64,000 bases of DNA from Terriglobia bacterium (lineage in GTDB: Bacteria > Acidobacteriota > Terriglobia > Bryobacterales > Bryobacteraceae): NCBI GenBank assembly GCA_963788245.1, contig CAWBGF010000001.1:184470-248469 (forward strand), in the 5' to 3' direction. A program made the translations under genes and the position numbers. The notes beneath the pieces were generated by a model, which was not told where the DNA came from, did no database searches, and saw nothing but the letters and a program-made list of their open reading frames with translations. This document shows positions 39,144 through 49,397 of this stretch, piece after piece; positions within the stretch are counted from its first letter, which is position 1; each line of letters starts with the position of its first letter.

Positions 39144-40955
39144 ATGGCGACTGCCGACATCCTTCTCAACCCTCCCGGCACATCGCCGAATGGGCTTCCC
39201 CTGCGCGACACCCGCGACCCGCAAGTGATCGAGAAAGAATACGATAGCACGGTTCGCGCAGATATCGAGCTGTTCCGGTCCCAGGCCGTTTCCTTTCTCT
39301 CCGGCGCCCTCACTGACGATCAGCTCCGGCCGCATCGCCTTCGCCGCGGGATTTACAGCCAGCGTCAGGCTGGCGTTCAGATGATTCGGACCAAAGTCCC
39401 AGGCGGCCTGCTGACGGCCGGGCAAATGCGGCAACTCGCGCGAATTGCGGACGATTTCGCGGGCGGGAAAGGCCATCTGACCACTCGCCAGAACATGCAG
39501 TTCCACTTCGTGCCGCTTGCGCAAGTGGCGGATCTGCTGCACTTGCTTGCCGATGTCCGGCTGACCACGCGGGAAGCCTGCTACAACACCGTTCGCAATG
39601 TGACCGCTTGCCCATTGGCGGGCATTCATCCCGAAGAGCCTTTCGACGTGCAGCCGTACGCGCGCCGCCTGGCGTTCGCGTTTCTGCACAAGGAACTCAC
39701 CGACAATCTGCCGCGCAAGTTCAAGGTCGCATTCTCGGGTTGTCCGGACGATTGCATGGCGACCGCGATCAACGACGTCGGCCTGCGCGCTGTGATTCAA
39801 GACGGCGAGCGCGGTTTTCGCATGACCGTTGCCGGCGGCCTGGGGCCGCTGCCGACCGAGGCTCGGCTGCTTCACGAATTCATTCCGGCTGAAGAGATCG
39901 TCAGCCGCGTGGAAGCCGTGATTCGCGTTTTCAATCGGCACGGAAATCGCGGCAACAAGAACAAGGCGAGATTAAAATTTGTTCTCCGGGAACGCGGGTT
40001 CGATTGGCTGCGCGATGCGATCGAAGAAGAGTATCGCGACATTCAACTCAACGGCGGCATCGCGATTCCCGATGAAGTTCCCGACGGATTCGGTGGTTTT
40101 GAGCCGCATCCACCACCGAAAGGAACCGGTGCGCTGCTGCCCGTTCTCGAAACTGAATCGCCGGAATTTACTCGAGCGTTCGGAGCCTGGCGCGAGACCA
40201 ATGTCCAGCCGCAAAAACAAACGGGCTTCGCAATCGTGACGGTGAAGGCTCCGCAGGGAAATTTGACTGGCGACCAGATGCGCGGCCTAGCCAGAATTTC
40301 CGAACAGTCGGGCGACGGATCGCTGCGCTTCACCATGAATCAGAACGTGGTGCTGGCGTGGGTTCCTGTGGCTGCGGTCAAACGGGTCTATAACGCTCTG
40401 GGCGAACTGGGACTGAACGGATCGGGCGCCAATGAGATCAGTGACGTCACCACCTGCCCCGGCTCCTATAGCTGCAACCTGGGGCTGACCAAGACCATGG
40501 GATTGGGCGCCGCGCTCGCGCCGATGCTGGCGCGCGAAACCGACCCGATTGTCCGCCGTCTCAAGATCAACGCGAGCGGTTGCCCCAATGCGTGCGGCCA
40601 GCACTGGATCGGCGACATCGGCTTTTATGGCAACGCGCGCAAGATCGAGGGCAGGGAAGTCCCGTATTATCTTATGCTTCTCGGCGGAACGCAGGAGCAG
40701 TTCGGCGTTGCTATTCAGAGCCTTCCCGCGCGCCTGGTCCCCACCGCCGTGGAGCGCGTGCTGGCGCATTTCAAGGAGAATCGGGAGGCAGGCGAGACTT
40801 TCCGTGGCTACGTGCTCCGTTTCAAGGTCGAGACTTTTCGCAAGCTGACCGCGGATCTGGTGAAACCACCGGAGTTAGCTCCCGAGATGTACAACGATTG
40901 GGGCGACGAAGAGGCCTATTCGCTGAAACTCGGCCGCGGCGAATGCGCCGCTTGA
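39144..40955 (+). CDS. ferredoxin-dependent sulfite/nitrite reductase (siroheme, 4Fe-4S)
   Basis: 603 aa with duplicated NiR/SiR domains; TTRQNMQFH and the C-terminal cluster CPGSYSC...SGCPNACGQH. Confidence 0.85.
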   Translation: MATADILLNPPGTSPNGLPLRDTRDPQVIEKEYDSTVRADIELFRSQAVSFLSGALTDDQLRPHRLRRGIYSQRQAGVQMIRTKVPGGLLTAGQMRQLARIADDFAGGKGHLTTRQNMQFHFVPLAQVADLLHLLADVRLTTREACYNTVRNVTACPLAGIHPEEPFDVQPYARRLAFAFLHKELTDNLPRKFKVAFSGCPDDCMATAINDVGLRAVIQDGERGFRMTVAGGLGPLPTEARLLHEFIPAEEIVSRVEAVIRVFNRHGNRGNKNKARLKFVLRERGFDWLRDAIEEEYRDIQLNGGIAIPDEVPDGFGGFEPHPPPKGTGALLPVLETESPEFTRAFGAWRETNVQPQKQTGFAIVTVKAPQGNLTGDQMRGLARISEQSGDGSLRFTMNQNVVLAWVPVAAVKRVYNALGELGLNGSGANEISDVTTCPGSYSCNLGLTKTMGLGAALAPMLARETDPIVRRLKINASGCPNACGQHWIGDIGFYGNARKIEGREVPYYLMLLGGTQEQFGVAIQSLPARLVPTAVERVLAHFKENREAGETFRGYVLRFKVETFRKLTADLVKPPELAPEMYNDWGDEEAYSLKLGRGECAA

Positions 40956-40995
40956 AACAAGGAGACAGGAGTCAGGAAACAGAAGTCAGAATAAG

Positions 40996-41021
40996 ACCTG
41001 ATTGCCGTCAGGTTTTCTTTT
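40996..41021 (+). terminator. candidate intrinsic terminator of the sulfite reductase gene
   Basis: acctga-ttgccg-tcaggt hairpin followed by TTTCTTTT. Confidence 0.5.
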
Positions 41022-41071
41022 CCCCAGGACGCAAAGCTGGTCTCCATCTATCGGTCTCCGCTCGTGTCGAA

Positions 41072-41103
41072 CGAGAAAAGGAGTCAGGCCGAAGCCTGAC
41101 TCC
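41072..41103 (-). terminator. candidate intrinsic terminator of the AAA+ gene
   Basis: Minus strand: ggagtcaggc-ttcg-gcctgactcc (10-bp stem, UUCG loop) followed by TTTTCT. Confidence 0.6.
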
Positions 41104-41196
41104 CTGAAATCATGGCAGTAAAGACCAGCTAGAAGTCAGAATCCCGCGGTCGTCAGCGCTTTCATTCTGACTCCTGACTTCTGTCTCCTGACTCCT

Positions 41197-42456
41197 TCAG
41201 TTTCGCTTCCGGGCGGCGGTTTGGACCTTGACGGGTTCACCGGACGCGCCCGTGGCGGCTGCCATCGCCGGCATGGTGATGGAAGTATCCACCAGCCGGG
41301 CCATATCCTGCACCGGCAATCCCTCGGCTTCCTTGGCGAAGGACAGCGCACGGGAGGAGTTGTCGAAATCCACTCGAATCCAGTCGCCGCCGCGCACCTG
41401 GTCGGTCGCGATCAGGTTGGACATCGGCTGCACCAGCAGGCGTTCGATGGCGCGCTTCAGATGGCGGGCGCCGTATTTCATGTCGGTGCCTTCCTGGAGC
41501 AGGAAATCCTTGCTCGAATCCGACAGCGTGAACACGAAAGCCCGGTCGCTGGAGGTGTTAAAGATCCGCTGCTGAACCAGATTCAGCTCGATATCGAGAA
41601 CCTTCTTCAATTGTTCCGATCCAAGTGGCTGAAAGATAACAACCTTGTCGATTCGGTTCATGAACTCGGGCGTGAATTTCTTGCGCGCGGCTTCGAGGCC
41701 GGTGCGGGCCAGCTTTCCGCTGGTTTTCTCATCCATGACACCGGATGCAGTCTTGTCCTGCATTTCGTGGATGCCGAATCCGAGCCGCGGCGACATGATG
41801 TTGCTCATTTCACTGGCGCCCAGGTTGCTGGTCATGAAGATCATGGCGCGGGAGAAATCAACTTTGCGGTTGTCGCCCAGCGTCAGGTTGGCCTTGTCGA
41901 GGATCCCGAGAAGCAGATTCCACAAAGCGTCCGAGGCCTTTTCGATCTCGTCGAAGAGCACGAAACTAACCTTCATTGTCTCGGTGTGATATTGGTTGAG
42001 AACTTCCTGAGACAGAAGGGGATGCGTCTCACGATGCCCCAGATATCCGGGAGGGGAGCCGATCAGCTTCGCAATCTCATGACTATGCTGGAATTCGGCG
42101 CAATCGATCTTGATGACCGCGCGCGGATTCCGGAGCAGGGCCTCAGCCGTCGCCTCCACGATCCGAGTTTTTCCAGAGCCGGTAGGGCCCAGGAACAGGA
42201 AATTTCCTATGGGACGCCCGGGCGCACTCATCCCGGTCAGATTCATCTGATAGATGTTGACAATTTGCTCGATTGCCTCGTCCTGCCCGATGATCATCCG
42301 CCGGAGATTGCTCTCGAGGGAAATCGCTTCGCGCCCGGTTTTTGCCGGGTCTAGTGGTATATTTAGCCGCGTCATTTTATCTGCCGCCTTTCTCGGACCT
42401 CGGGGACCCTGCCTTTCCGGCCCCTTCCACAGACTGTCAGGCAACCCAAGTGCCAT
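41197..42456 (-). CDS. single-module Clp/Hsp100 D2-type AAA+ ATPase (alternative start at 42375)
   Basis: IIGQDEAI, Walker A GPTGSGKT, Walker B VLFDEIEKA, sensor and ClpB_D2-small block YGARHLKRAIERLL. Confidence 0.8.
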   Translation of the reverse strand: MALGLPDSLWKGPERQGPRGPRKAADKMTRLNIPLDPAKTGREAISLESNLRRMIIGQDEAIEQIVNIYQMNLTGMSAPGRPIGNFLFLGPTGSGKTRIVEATAEALLRNPRAVIKIDCAEFQHSHEIAKLIGSPPGYLGHRETHPLLSQEVLNQYHTETMKVSFVLFDEIEKASDALWNLLLGILDKANLTLGDNRKVDFSRAMIFMTSNLGASEMSNIMSPRLGFGIHEMQDKTASGVMDEKTSGKLARTGLEAARKKFTPEFMNRIDKVVIFQPLGSEQLKKVLDIELNLVQQRIFNTSSDRAFVFTLSDSSKDFLLQEGTDMKYGARHLKRAIERLLVQPMSNLIATDQVRGGDWIRVDFDNSSRALSFAKEAEGLPVQDMARLVDTSITMPAMAAATGASGEPVKVQTAARKRN

Positions 42457-42514
42457 TTCTTTAGATGCTCCTCGAACTCACTGGATTCTCTCGTACTATT
42501 TGTCCCGCTGCCTG

Positions 42515-42554
42515 TCTCGCTACTTATCTCGCTACTTATCTCGCTACTTATCTC
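42515..42554. repeat. 12-bp tandem repeat TCTCGCTACTTA x3.3
   Basis: Read directly; overlaps the stop codon of the SDR gene and runs toward the AAA+ gene start. Confidence 0.9.
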
Positions 42555-43270
42555 TTCGGCTTTGACGGCCGGACCTCTACCCGGCTGATTAAAGTTCTTT
42601 CCGGCATGGCCAGCGTGAGGCGGACAATGCCGGCAATGTCATCGGGAGCGATCTTCCAGCTATCGTCGGTCGAAGCATGGCCGGAGAACTCCGTGGCAAC
42701 GCTTCCCGGCATAATGTAGCTGACTCGCACGTTCTGATGCCGGGTATCCAGCATGACCGCCTCGCTGAAGCCGTTGAGCGCGAATTTGGACGCGTTGTAG
42801 GCCGCGCCCCCGGCAAACGCGTTCTTGCCCGCTAAACTGCTGATGTTCACGATCTGACCGCCGCCTCTCGACTGGAATCGAACCAAGGCTTCGCGGGTGC
42901 AATGAAACACTCCGGTGAGATTGGTTTCGATGGTTGACTGCCAGTCCTCAATCGACAATTCGGAGATGGGACGAAATGTCCCGACGCCGGCATTATTGAC
43001 CAGCACGTCGAGACCGCCGAATTCGGCGTCAATGAATCGGAAAAGCTCGCCCACCTGCGCATTCACCCTTACATCGGCAGCTTTGCCTTTCACATTACCG
43101 GCGGCGGCGGCTCCTAATTCATGGACGGCTTGACTCACGGCGTCGTTGCTACGGCCGCAAATCACAACGTTTGCGCCCTCTTGGAGCAACATTTTGGCGA
43201 TGGACCGTCCGATGCCCCGGGTGGCGCCGGTAACGAGGCAGACTCTATTTGAGAAAAGTTGGGTGTTCAT
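42548..43270 (-). CDS. SDR-family oxidoreductase; start trimmed to MNTQLFSNRV
   Basis: TGATRGIGRSIA Rossmann motif, NNAG, YNASK catalytic motif. Confidence 0.85.
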   Translation of the reverse strand: MNTQLFSNRVCLVTGATRGIGRSIAKMLLQEGANVVICGRSNDAVSQAVHELGAAAAGNVKGKAADVRVNAQVGELFRFIDAEFGGLDVLVNNAGVGTFRPISELSIEDWQSTIETNLTGVFHCTREALVRFQSRGGGQIVNISSLAGKNAFAGGAAYNASKFALNGFSEAVMLDTRHQNVRVSYIMPGSVATEFSGHASTDDSWKIAPDDIAGIVRLTLAMPERTLISRVEVRPSKPKR

Positions 43271-43334
43271 ACTAGAAAGGATACGTAGAGTGGGGGTATC
43301 GGCGGAGTGGGCCAGGGGTAAGGGTCGGCCGCTA

Positions 43335-43567
43335 GCCCCAAGCTTACGCATGGGGCTGGAATGGCAGGCGACAAGATCGCCTGCCCCACATTGAGTCGTC
43401 GGCAAGTTTCCCCCACCAATTCGCCCACCCTAACGGGTGGGGCTGGAAGGCCGACGGAGCCGGAACATTTAGGCCGCTCCCTTGGCGCAAGCGCAGCTTG
43501 GTCCCGGCTCGTTGAGACAAGCGCTCCATGCTGTCGCGCCTCAATTGGCAGGGCATGGCCCTGCCCC
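43335..43567. repeat. mosaic of REP families 3, 2, 3 and 1 filling an intergenic region
   Basis: gccccaagcttacgcatggggctggaa; ggcaggcgacaagatcgcctgcc; cccaccctaacgggtggggctggaagg; ggcagggcatggccctgcc. Confidence 0.85.
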
Positions 43568-43569
43568 AC

Positions 43570-45849
43570 TTATGACGCGAGATTCATGCGCTTCAGGACC
43601 TGCTGAAATCGCGGCTCGGAGCGCAGCGCGTCGAACCTCTCATCCACCTTCGTAAAGAACGCGACCATTCCGCGGGCATCGCACGATTTTTCGAGCGACA
43701 ACAGCGCGTTTTCAGTATCGCCTAGGCCCGCATAAATCATCGCTAGCGAGGACAAATCGATGGTTTCCCGCTTCTCTCGGTCGAGGAGTTCTTCGAGAAT
43801 CCGCAGCGCTTCCGCGGTGTTCCCGGCGACGGCGTAGGCATGTCCCAGCCCGCCAACCGCCCACGAAACACTGCGGCGGCACAGATCCACGGCGGTCTGT
43901 AATTCGCGGATCGCCTCCGGATATCTTTTCTGGGCCACATAGGTGAGGCCCAGCCAATGCCTGAGAATAAAATAATCCGGATCAGCCTCTAGACCCTTCA
44001 AGCTCCGCTCAACCGCCTCGGCGTAGTGGTGGGAGGCCAGGGCGTTCCATGCTGCCTCATGCATGACCATGGATGACAGCGGCTCCAATTCCACGGCGTG
44101 ACGGATCTGCTGCTCGGCTTCCTCGAAACGTCCCATGGAGGTTAGCACGAGCGCGTACCAATATGGCGTGACCCAGTAACCGGGATTCAGTTCGAGAGCA
44201 CGCTGAAACTCCTTTTCGCCGCCGGCCCAGTCCCAATCGAAAAATACGCGGATGAAGCCTAGCGAAGTATAGCCTTCGGCCAGCTCGTCATCGAACGCCA
44301 CAGCGGCCACCGCAGCCGCTTTGGCTTTGGCGAATGCTTCCTTGGGCGGAAGAATCGAAAACAGGCCGAGAATGGTGTAGCAATCCGCGAGGCCGGAGTA
44401 AGCCAGCGCGTAGCCGGGATCTTTATCAATCGCCTTCTGAAAGTACTCTATGCCTTTCTTCACCTGGTCCGGCGTCCGTTTTATCCAGTGGTGCCGGCCC
44501 CGGAGATAGAGCTGGTAGGCCTCGGTATTTTCGGTGGAGCGCTTGGCCAGGCGGCTCTTTTCTTCCCCGCTCAGCTTCATGCGCAGGCTTTCGGAGATTT
44601 TTCGGGCGATCTCTTCTTCCAGCGCGAAGATGTCCGCGAGTTTGCGATGATAGCGTTCGCCCCAAAGCTGGGAGCCCGCGGCGATGTCCATCAGCTCGGC
44701 GCTGACCACCAGGTTCTCTCCGCGCTGGATCACCCTTCCGGTGAGCACGACGCGCACATTCAGCTCGCGCCCCACCATCTGCGGGTCCACTTCCCGCGTT
44801 TTGTACCGGAACGCGGTGCTGCGCGGAGTGACGCGAAGCTGCGCGATCTGGGTCAGGCTGTTCAGGATGCTTTCGGTGATCCCGTCGCACAGATATTCGG
44901 TATCGGGATCGTTGCCGGCATTAGTGAAGGGCAGGACCGCGATCGAGTCGATGGCGCGAGAGGAGTGCGCGGCGGCGGACTGGGCGGCGCTGAGGATCGC
45001 TTTAAAGTGAAAGGCCAAGTCGCGCGCCGATTGAAAGCGCTGCTCGGAATTCTTTTCGAGGCAATGGTGGATCAGGCGGTCAAGTTCGGCGGGAACTTGT
45101 ATGCCGGTCGCCGCCAGTTCCCCGGGAGCGTCCCGCAGAATCGACGACATGGTTTCGGCGGGAGTCTGGCCCTGAAAGGCGCGGCGTCCTGAAACCATCT
45201 CGTAGAGCACGCATCCCAGCGAGAAGATATCGCTGGCCGGTCCGGCGGGGGTGCCGCGAACCTGTTCGGGCGACATGTAGCCCGGAGTGCCCAGCAGCAT
45301 GCCGGCTTCGGTCTGCGTCTCGGCGTCGGCTCCGGTTCGGGCGGCTTCGACGCGCGTCAATCCGAAATCCAGCACTTTGACGCGGCCGTCGGCGGTGAGG
45401 AAAATGTTGTCGGGCTTCAGGTCGCGGTGGGTGATGCCTTTGGAGTGAGCCGCGGCGATCCCTTCGGCCAGAGCGGCTCCGATTTCGGCGGCTTTGCGCC
45501 AGGCGAGCGGGCCTCGCTTGAGGCCGTCGCGCAGGGATTCACCGTCCAGCAATTCGGTGACGGCGTAACTGATTCCGTTCTCGGTTCCGGTATCGAAAAT
45601 CGCGAGCAGGTTGGGGTGGGAGAGCGCCGCCACGGCTTTGGTTTCACGGACGAACCGCGCCAGGGCCTGCGGATTATGGGATAGGTGCTCCGGCAGGACC
45701 TTGACGGCGACGTCTCGATCGAGACGGGAATCGCGAGCACGATAGACTTCGCCCATGCCACCGGCCCCAATTGGCGCGACGATCTCGTACGGGCCGAGAC
45801 GAGTTCCGGAGGCGAGAGGCATGGGTCCAGCTATTCTAACGTAGTCCAC
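43570..45849 (-). CDS. Ser/Thr protein kinase with C-terminal TPR repeat region
   Basis: GAGGMGEVYRARD, HRDLKPDNIFL, DFGL, GTPGYMSPEQ; TPR-like repeats in the C-terminal 300 aa. Confidence 0.85.
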   Translation of the reverse strand: MDYVRIAGPMPLASGTRLGPYEIVAPIGAGGMGEVYRARDSRLDRDVAVKVLPEHLSHNPQALARFVRETKAVAALSHPNLLAIFDTGTENGISYAVTELLDGESLRDGLKRGPLAWRKAAEIGAALAEGIAAAHSKGITHRDLKPDNIFLTADGRVKVLDFGLTRVEAARTGADAETQTEAGMLLGTPGYMSPEQVRGTPAGPASDIFSLGCVLYEMVSGRRAFQGQTPAETMSSILRDAPGELAATGIQVPAELDRLIHHCLEKNSEQRFQSARDLAFHFKAILSAAQSAAAHSSRAIDSIAVLPFTNAGNDPDTEYLCDGITESILNSLTQIAQLRVTPRSTAFRYKTREVDPQMVGRELNVRVVLTGRVIQRGENLVVSAELMDIAAGSQLWGERYHRKLADIFALEEEIARKISESLRMKLSGEEKSRLAKRSTENTEAYQLYLRGRHHWIKRTPDQVKKGIEYFQKAIDKDPGYALAYSGLADCYTILGLFSILPPKEAFAKAKAAAVAAVAFDDELAEGYTSLGFIRVFFDWDWAGGEKEFQRALELNPGYWVTPYWYALVLTSMGRFEEAEQQIRHAVELEPLSSMVMHEAAWNALASHHYAEAVERSLKGLEADPDYFILRHWLGLTYVAQKRYPEAIRELQTAVDLCRRSVSWAVGGLGHAYAVAGNTAEALRILEELLDREKRETIDLSSLAMIYAGLGDTENALLSLEKSCDARGMVAFFTKVDERFDALRSEPRFQQVLKRMNLAS

Positions 45850-45984
45850 GTCATGCCGTGTCGAAAAAGGGGACGGACGCTCGGTCCGATGACTGCGATT
45901 ATCCTGGAGCTAAGCTGGTGCGAGTGGGGACAGAGTTGTCGTTCCCTTTCTCAGAGAGGCGCCGTTGAAAGTTGGCTGAAGACT

Positions 45985-46009
45985 GGCAGGCGACAAGATC
46001 GCCTGCCCC
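45985..46009. repeat. REP family 2 unit
   Basis: ggcaggcgacaagatcgcctgcccc. Confidence 0.85.
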
Positions 46010-46057
46010 ACCAAGAAGACTGCCCTGCTTGCTGGCATTGAAGTTCGAGTCAACCAA

Positions 46058-46597
46058 GTGACACAATATGTGTCTATGGCGTCGCCTCCGATTGTGTTTC
46101 CAGCGACGCTGTGGTCAAACCAGGACATTATCGTTTATCACGGCACTGTGGACACATTTGCGGCGGGTATCGTATCGGGCCCGATCCGCGTCGGGCTTGG
46201 GAAACCCAATACTGACTTTGGGCCTGGGTTCTACACCACGACATTGAAACGTCAGGCTCACACGTGGGCTGCTCAGATCTCAGCAACCCGGTCCGGGACC
46301 AGCCCTGCCGTGATTGAGATTACGATCAACAGGCTTTCCCTTGACGCTCTGGACGCTGTCGCATTTGTGCGCGGCGATTTCGACGCCGAAGATTACTGGA
46401 GCCTGATTCACCACTGCCGGAAAGGCGCGTTGGACCATGGCCGCCCGGCGCCAGAACAGTACTACGACGTGGTTTACGGTCCTGTGGCCGCGTTCTGGAA
46501 CCAGAGAATGATCGTCGCAGATGCGGATCAAATCAGTTTCCACACCGCCTCAGCCGAAGGGGTGTTGAACTCCAGTTCCCGAAGGAGGATCATATAA
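46058..46597 (+). CDS. DUF3990-like protein (GTG start; alternative ATG at 46076)
   Basis: VYHGT, DFGPGFYTTT..QA..WA, YDVVYGPVA and DQISFHT blocks match the DUF3990 pattern as I recall it. Confidence 0.7.
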   Translation: MTQYVSMASPPIVFPATLWSNQDIIVYHGTVDTFAAGIVSGPIRVGLGKPNTDFGPGFYTTTLKRQAHTWAAQISATRSGTSPAVIEITINRLSLDALDAVAFVRGDFDAEDYWSLIHHCRKGALDHGRPAPEQYYDVVYGPVAAFWNQRMIVADADQISFHTASAEGVLNSSSRRRII

Positions 46598-46599
46598 GT

Positions 46600-46872
46600 A
46601 TGGTTACAGCGGCAGTCACACCACGTTTTTGGGCGGCGGTGGAAGACTGCCTGGTGACCTTCCATCAGCTAAAGCGTTGCGAAGCGGCGGAGAAGGTGAC
46701 GACTCTTTGGCGGCGGCTTCCCACCGCATTGGACGACTCCCAACCTGCATTATCGGACATGATCTACCACGCGGAGCCTTGGGAGATCGCCTGCAATCTG
46801 GCAAACAGCGATCTGCCAGTTGCCGGGTACCAGGCAGCATATCGGGCGCTGCTCGTACGGAACGGATTGTAG
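46600..46872 (+). CDS. 90-aa hypothetical protein, translationally coupled partner of the DUF3990-like gene
   Basis: ATG 2 nt after the upstream stop, GGAGG upstream; no recognised domain. Confidence 0.5.
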   Translation: MVTAAVTPRFWAAVEDCLVTFHQLKRCEAAEKVTTLWRRLPTALDDSQPALSDMIYHAEPWEIACNLANSDLPVAGYQAAYRALLVRNGL

Positions 46873-46952
46873 GCGCCGGTTTTCCTGACGGAGGAGCGCA
46901 CGCCCCGGGGATGCTCGGGGGCTCAGGACGATATCAGCGAGCGCAGTGCAGC

Positions 46953-47714
46953 TTAGGCCGGATCGGTGTCCTTGCGGTTCAGCTCTTCCGACAAAATGAT
47001 GGCCTCGGCCAGATCCTTCATGGGACGGCGGAGACGGCGGCTCTCGTTGCGCATCCGCAGATAGGCTTCTTCCTCGGTCAGATTCTGGCGGCGTTGCAGG
47101 ATACCCTTGGCGCGCTCGACAGCCTTGCGCGTTTCGAGCTGGCGCTTCATATCGGCGGTCTCTTCGGCCAGCCGCGCGTTTTCTTCTTCCAGCAGGCTGC
47201 GGGAAATCGCGCTACCCATCTGTTCCCCAACAAACTGGATGGTCGCGATTTCAACCGCAGCGTGCTCGTGCTCCTCGCGGTGATGGACGTTGATCACTCC
47301 GATGGCCTTGCCCTTGTTCACCAGCGGCACGGATAGAAACGCTTCGTAGGTGTCTTCGATCAGCACCGGAAAGATTTTGAAGCGCGGATCGTTGGCGGCA
47401 TGCGCGGAGAGCGCGACCGGGGCCTGATGCTCGGCGACCCAGCCGGTGACGCCCTCACCCATCCTGATGCGCACGCGGCCCATGTCGGCGACGTGGGGGA
47501 CCAGCGAGGCGCGCAGCACGAAATCGCCGGTGCCCTCTTCGAAAAGATAGACCAGACACGCGTCGCAATCGGTCACCTGCGCGGTTAACCCGACGATCTC
47601 GCCCAGCATTTCGTCGAGCGAAATCTCAGAGCTGACGATCCTGCTGACGCGATGCAGAATCGAAACATTATCGTGGTCCATGCGGGATTCAACAGGATTA
47701 TCAATTGCTATCAT
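46953..47714 (-). CDS. GAF plus ANTAR domain RNA-binding antitermination regulator
   Basis: C-terminal KAVERAKGILQRRQNLTEEEAYLRMRNESRRLRRPMKDLAEAII ANTAR motif. Confidence 0.8.
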   Translation of the reverse strand: MIAIDNPVESRMDHDNVSILHRVSRIVSSEISLDEMLGEIVGLTAQVTDCDACLVYLFEEGTGDFVLRASLVPHVADMGRVRIRMGEGVTGWVAEHQAPVALSAHAANDPRFKIFPVLIEDTYEAFLSVPLVNKGKAIGVINVHHREEHEHAAVEIATIQFVGEQMGSAISRSLLEEENARLAEETADMKRQLETRKAVERAKGILQRRQNLTEEEAYLRMRNESRRLRRPMKDLAEAIILSEELNRKDTDPA

Positions 47715-47844
47715 CTACCGAGCGTAGCGTCCCGCGCCCGTTGGGGTCCAATCAATACTTTCTATGAGGGGTATCGACTGTGCGAACGGTCGGGCAAGTG
47801 CATGATGTGCAAAAGGTTTCAGGTCCGCGACGGAAAGTACTAAG

Positions 47845-49359
<1,515 letters not shown>

Positions 49360-49397
49360 GAATTTTCGGACGCTGGCGATACTAGTAAACTGAAGAC

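Larger units (their letters stand above)
40961..41195. repeat. MITE-like unit: imperfect inverted termini of about 35 bp (GGAGTCAGGA..AGAAGTCAGAAT) flanking a core of about 165 bp with two hairpins
   Basis: Left arm 40961-40994, right arm 41161-41195; the right arm shares a 21-mer with 26021-26041. Confidence 0.65.

Noticed and set aside
39111-39941. 276-aa minus-strand ORF
   Set aside because: It is an antisense shadow of the sulfite/nitrite reductase gene.
41136-41351. 71-aa ORF overlapping the end of the AAA+ gene and the repeat terminus
   Set aside because: It is generated by the repeat's built-in AGGAG-ATG and has no coding signal beyond a few codons.
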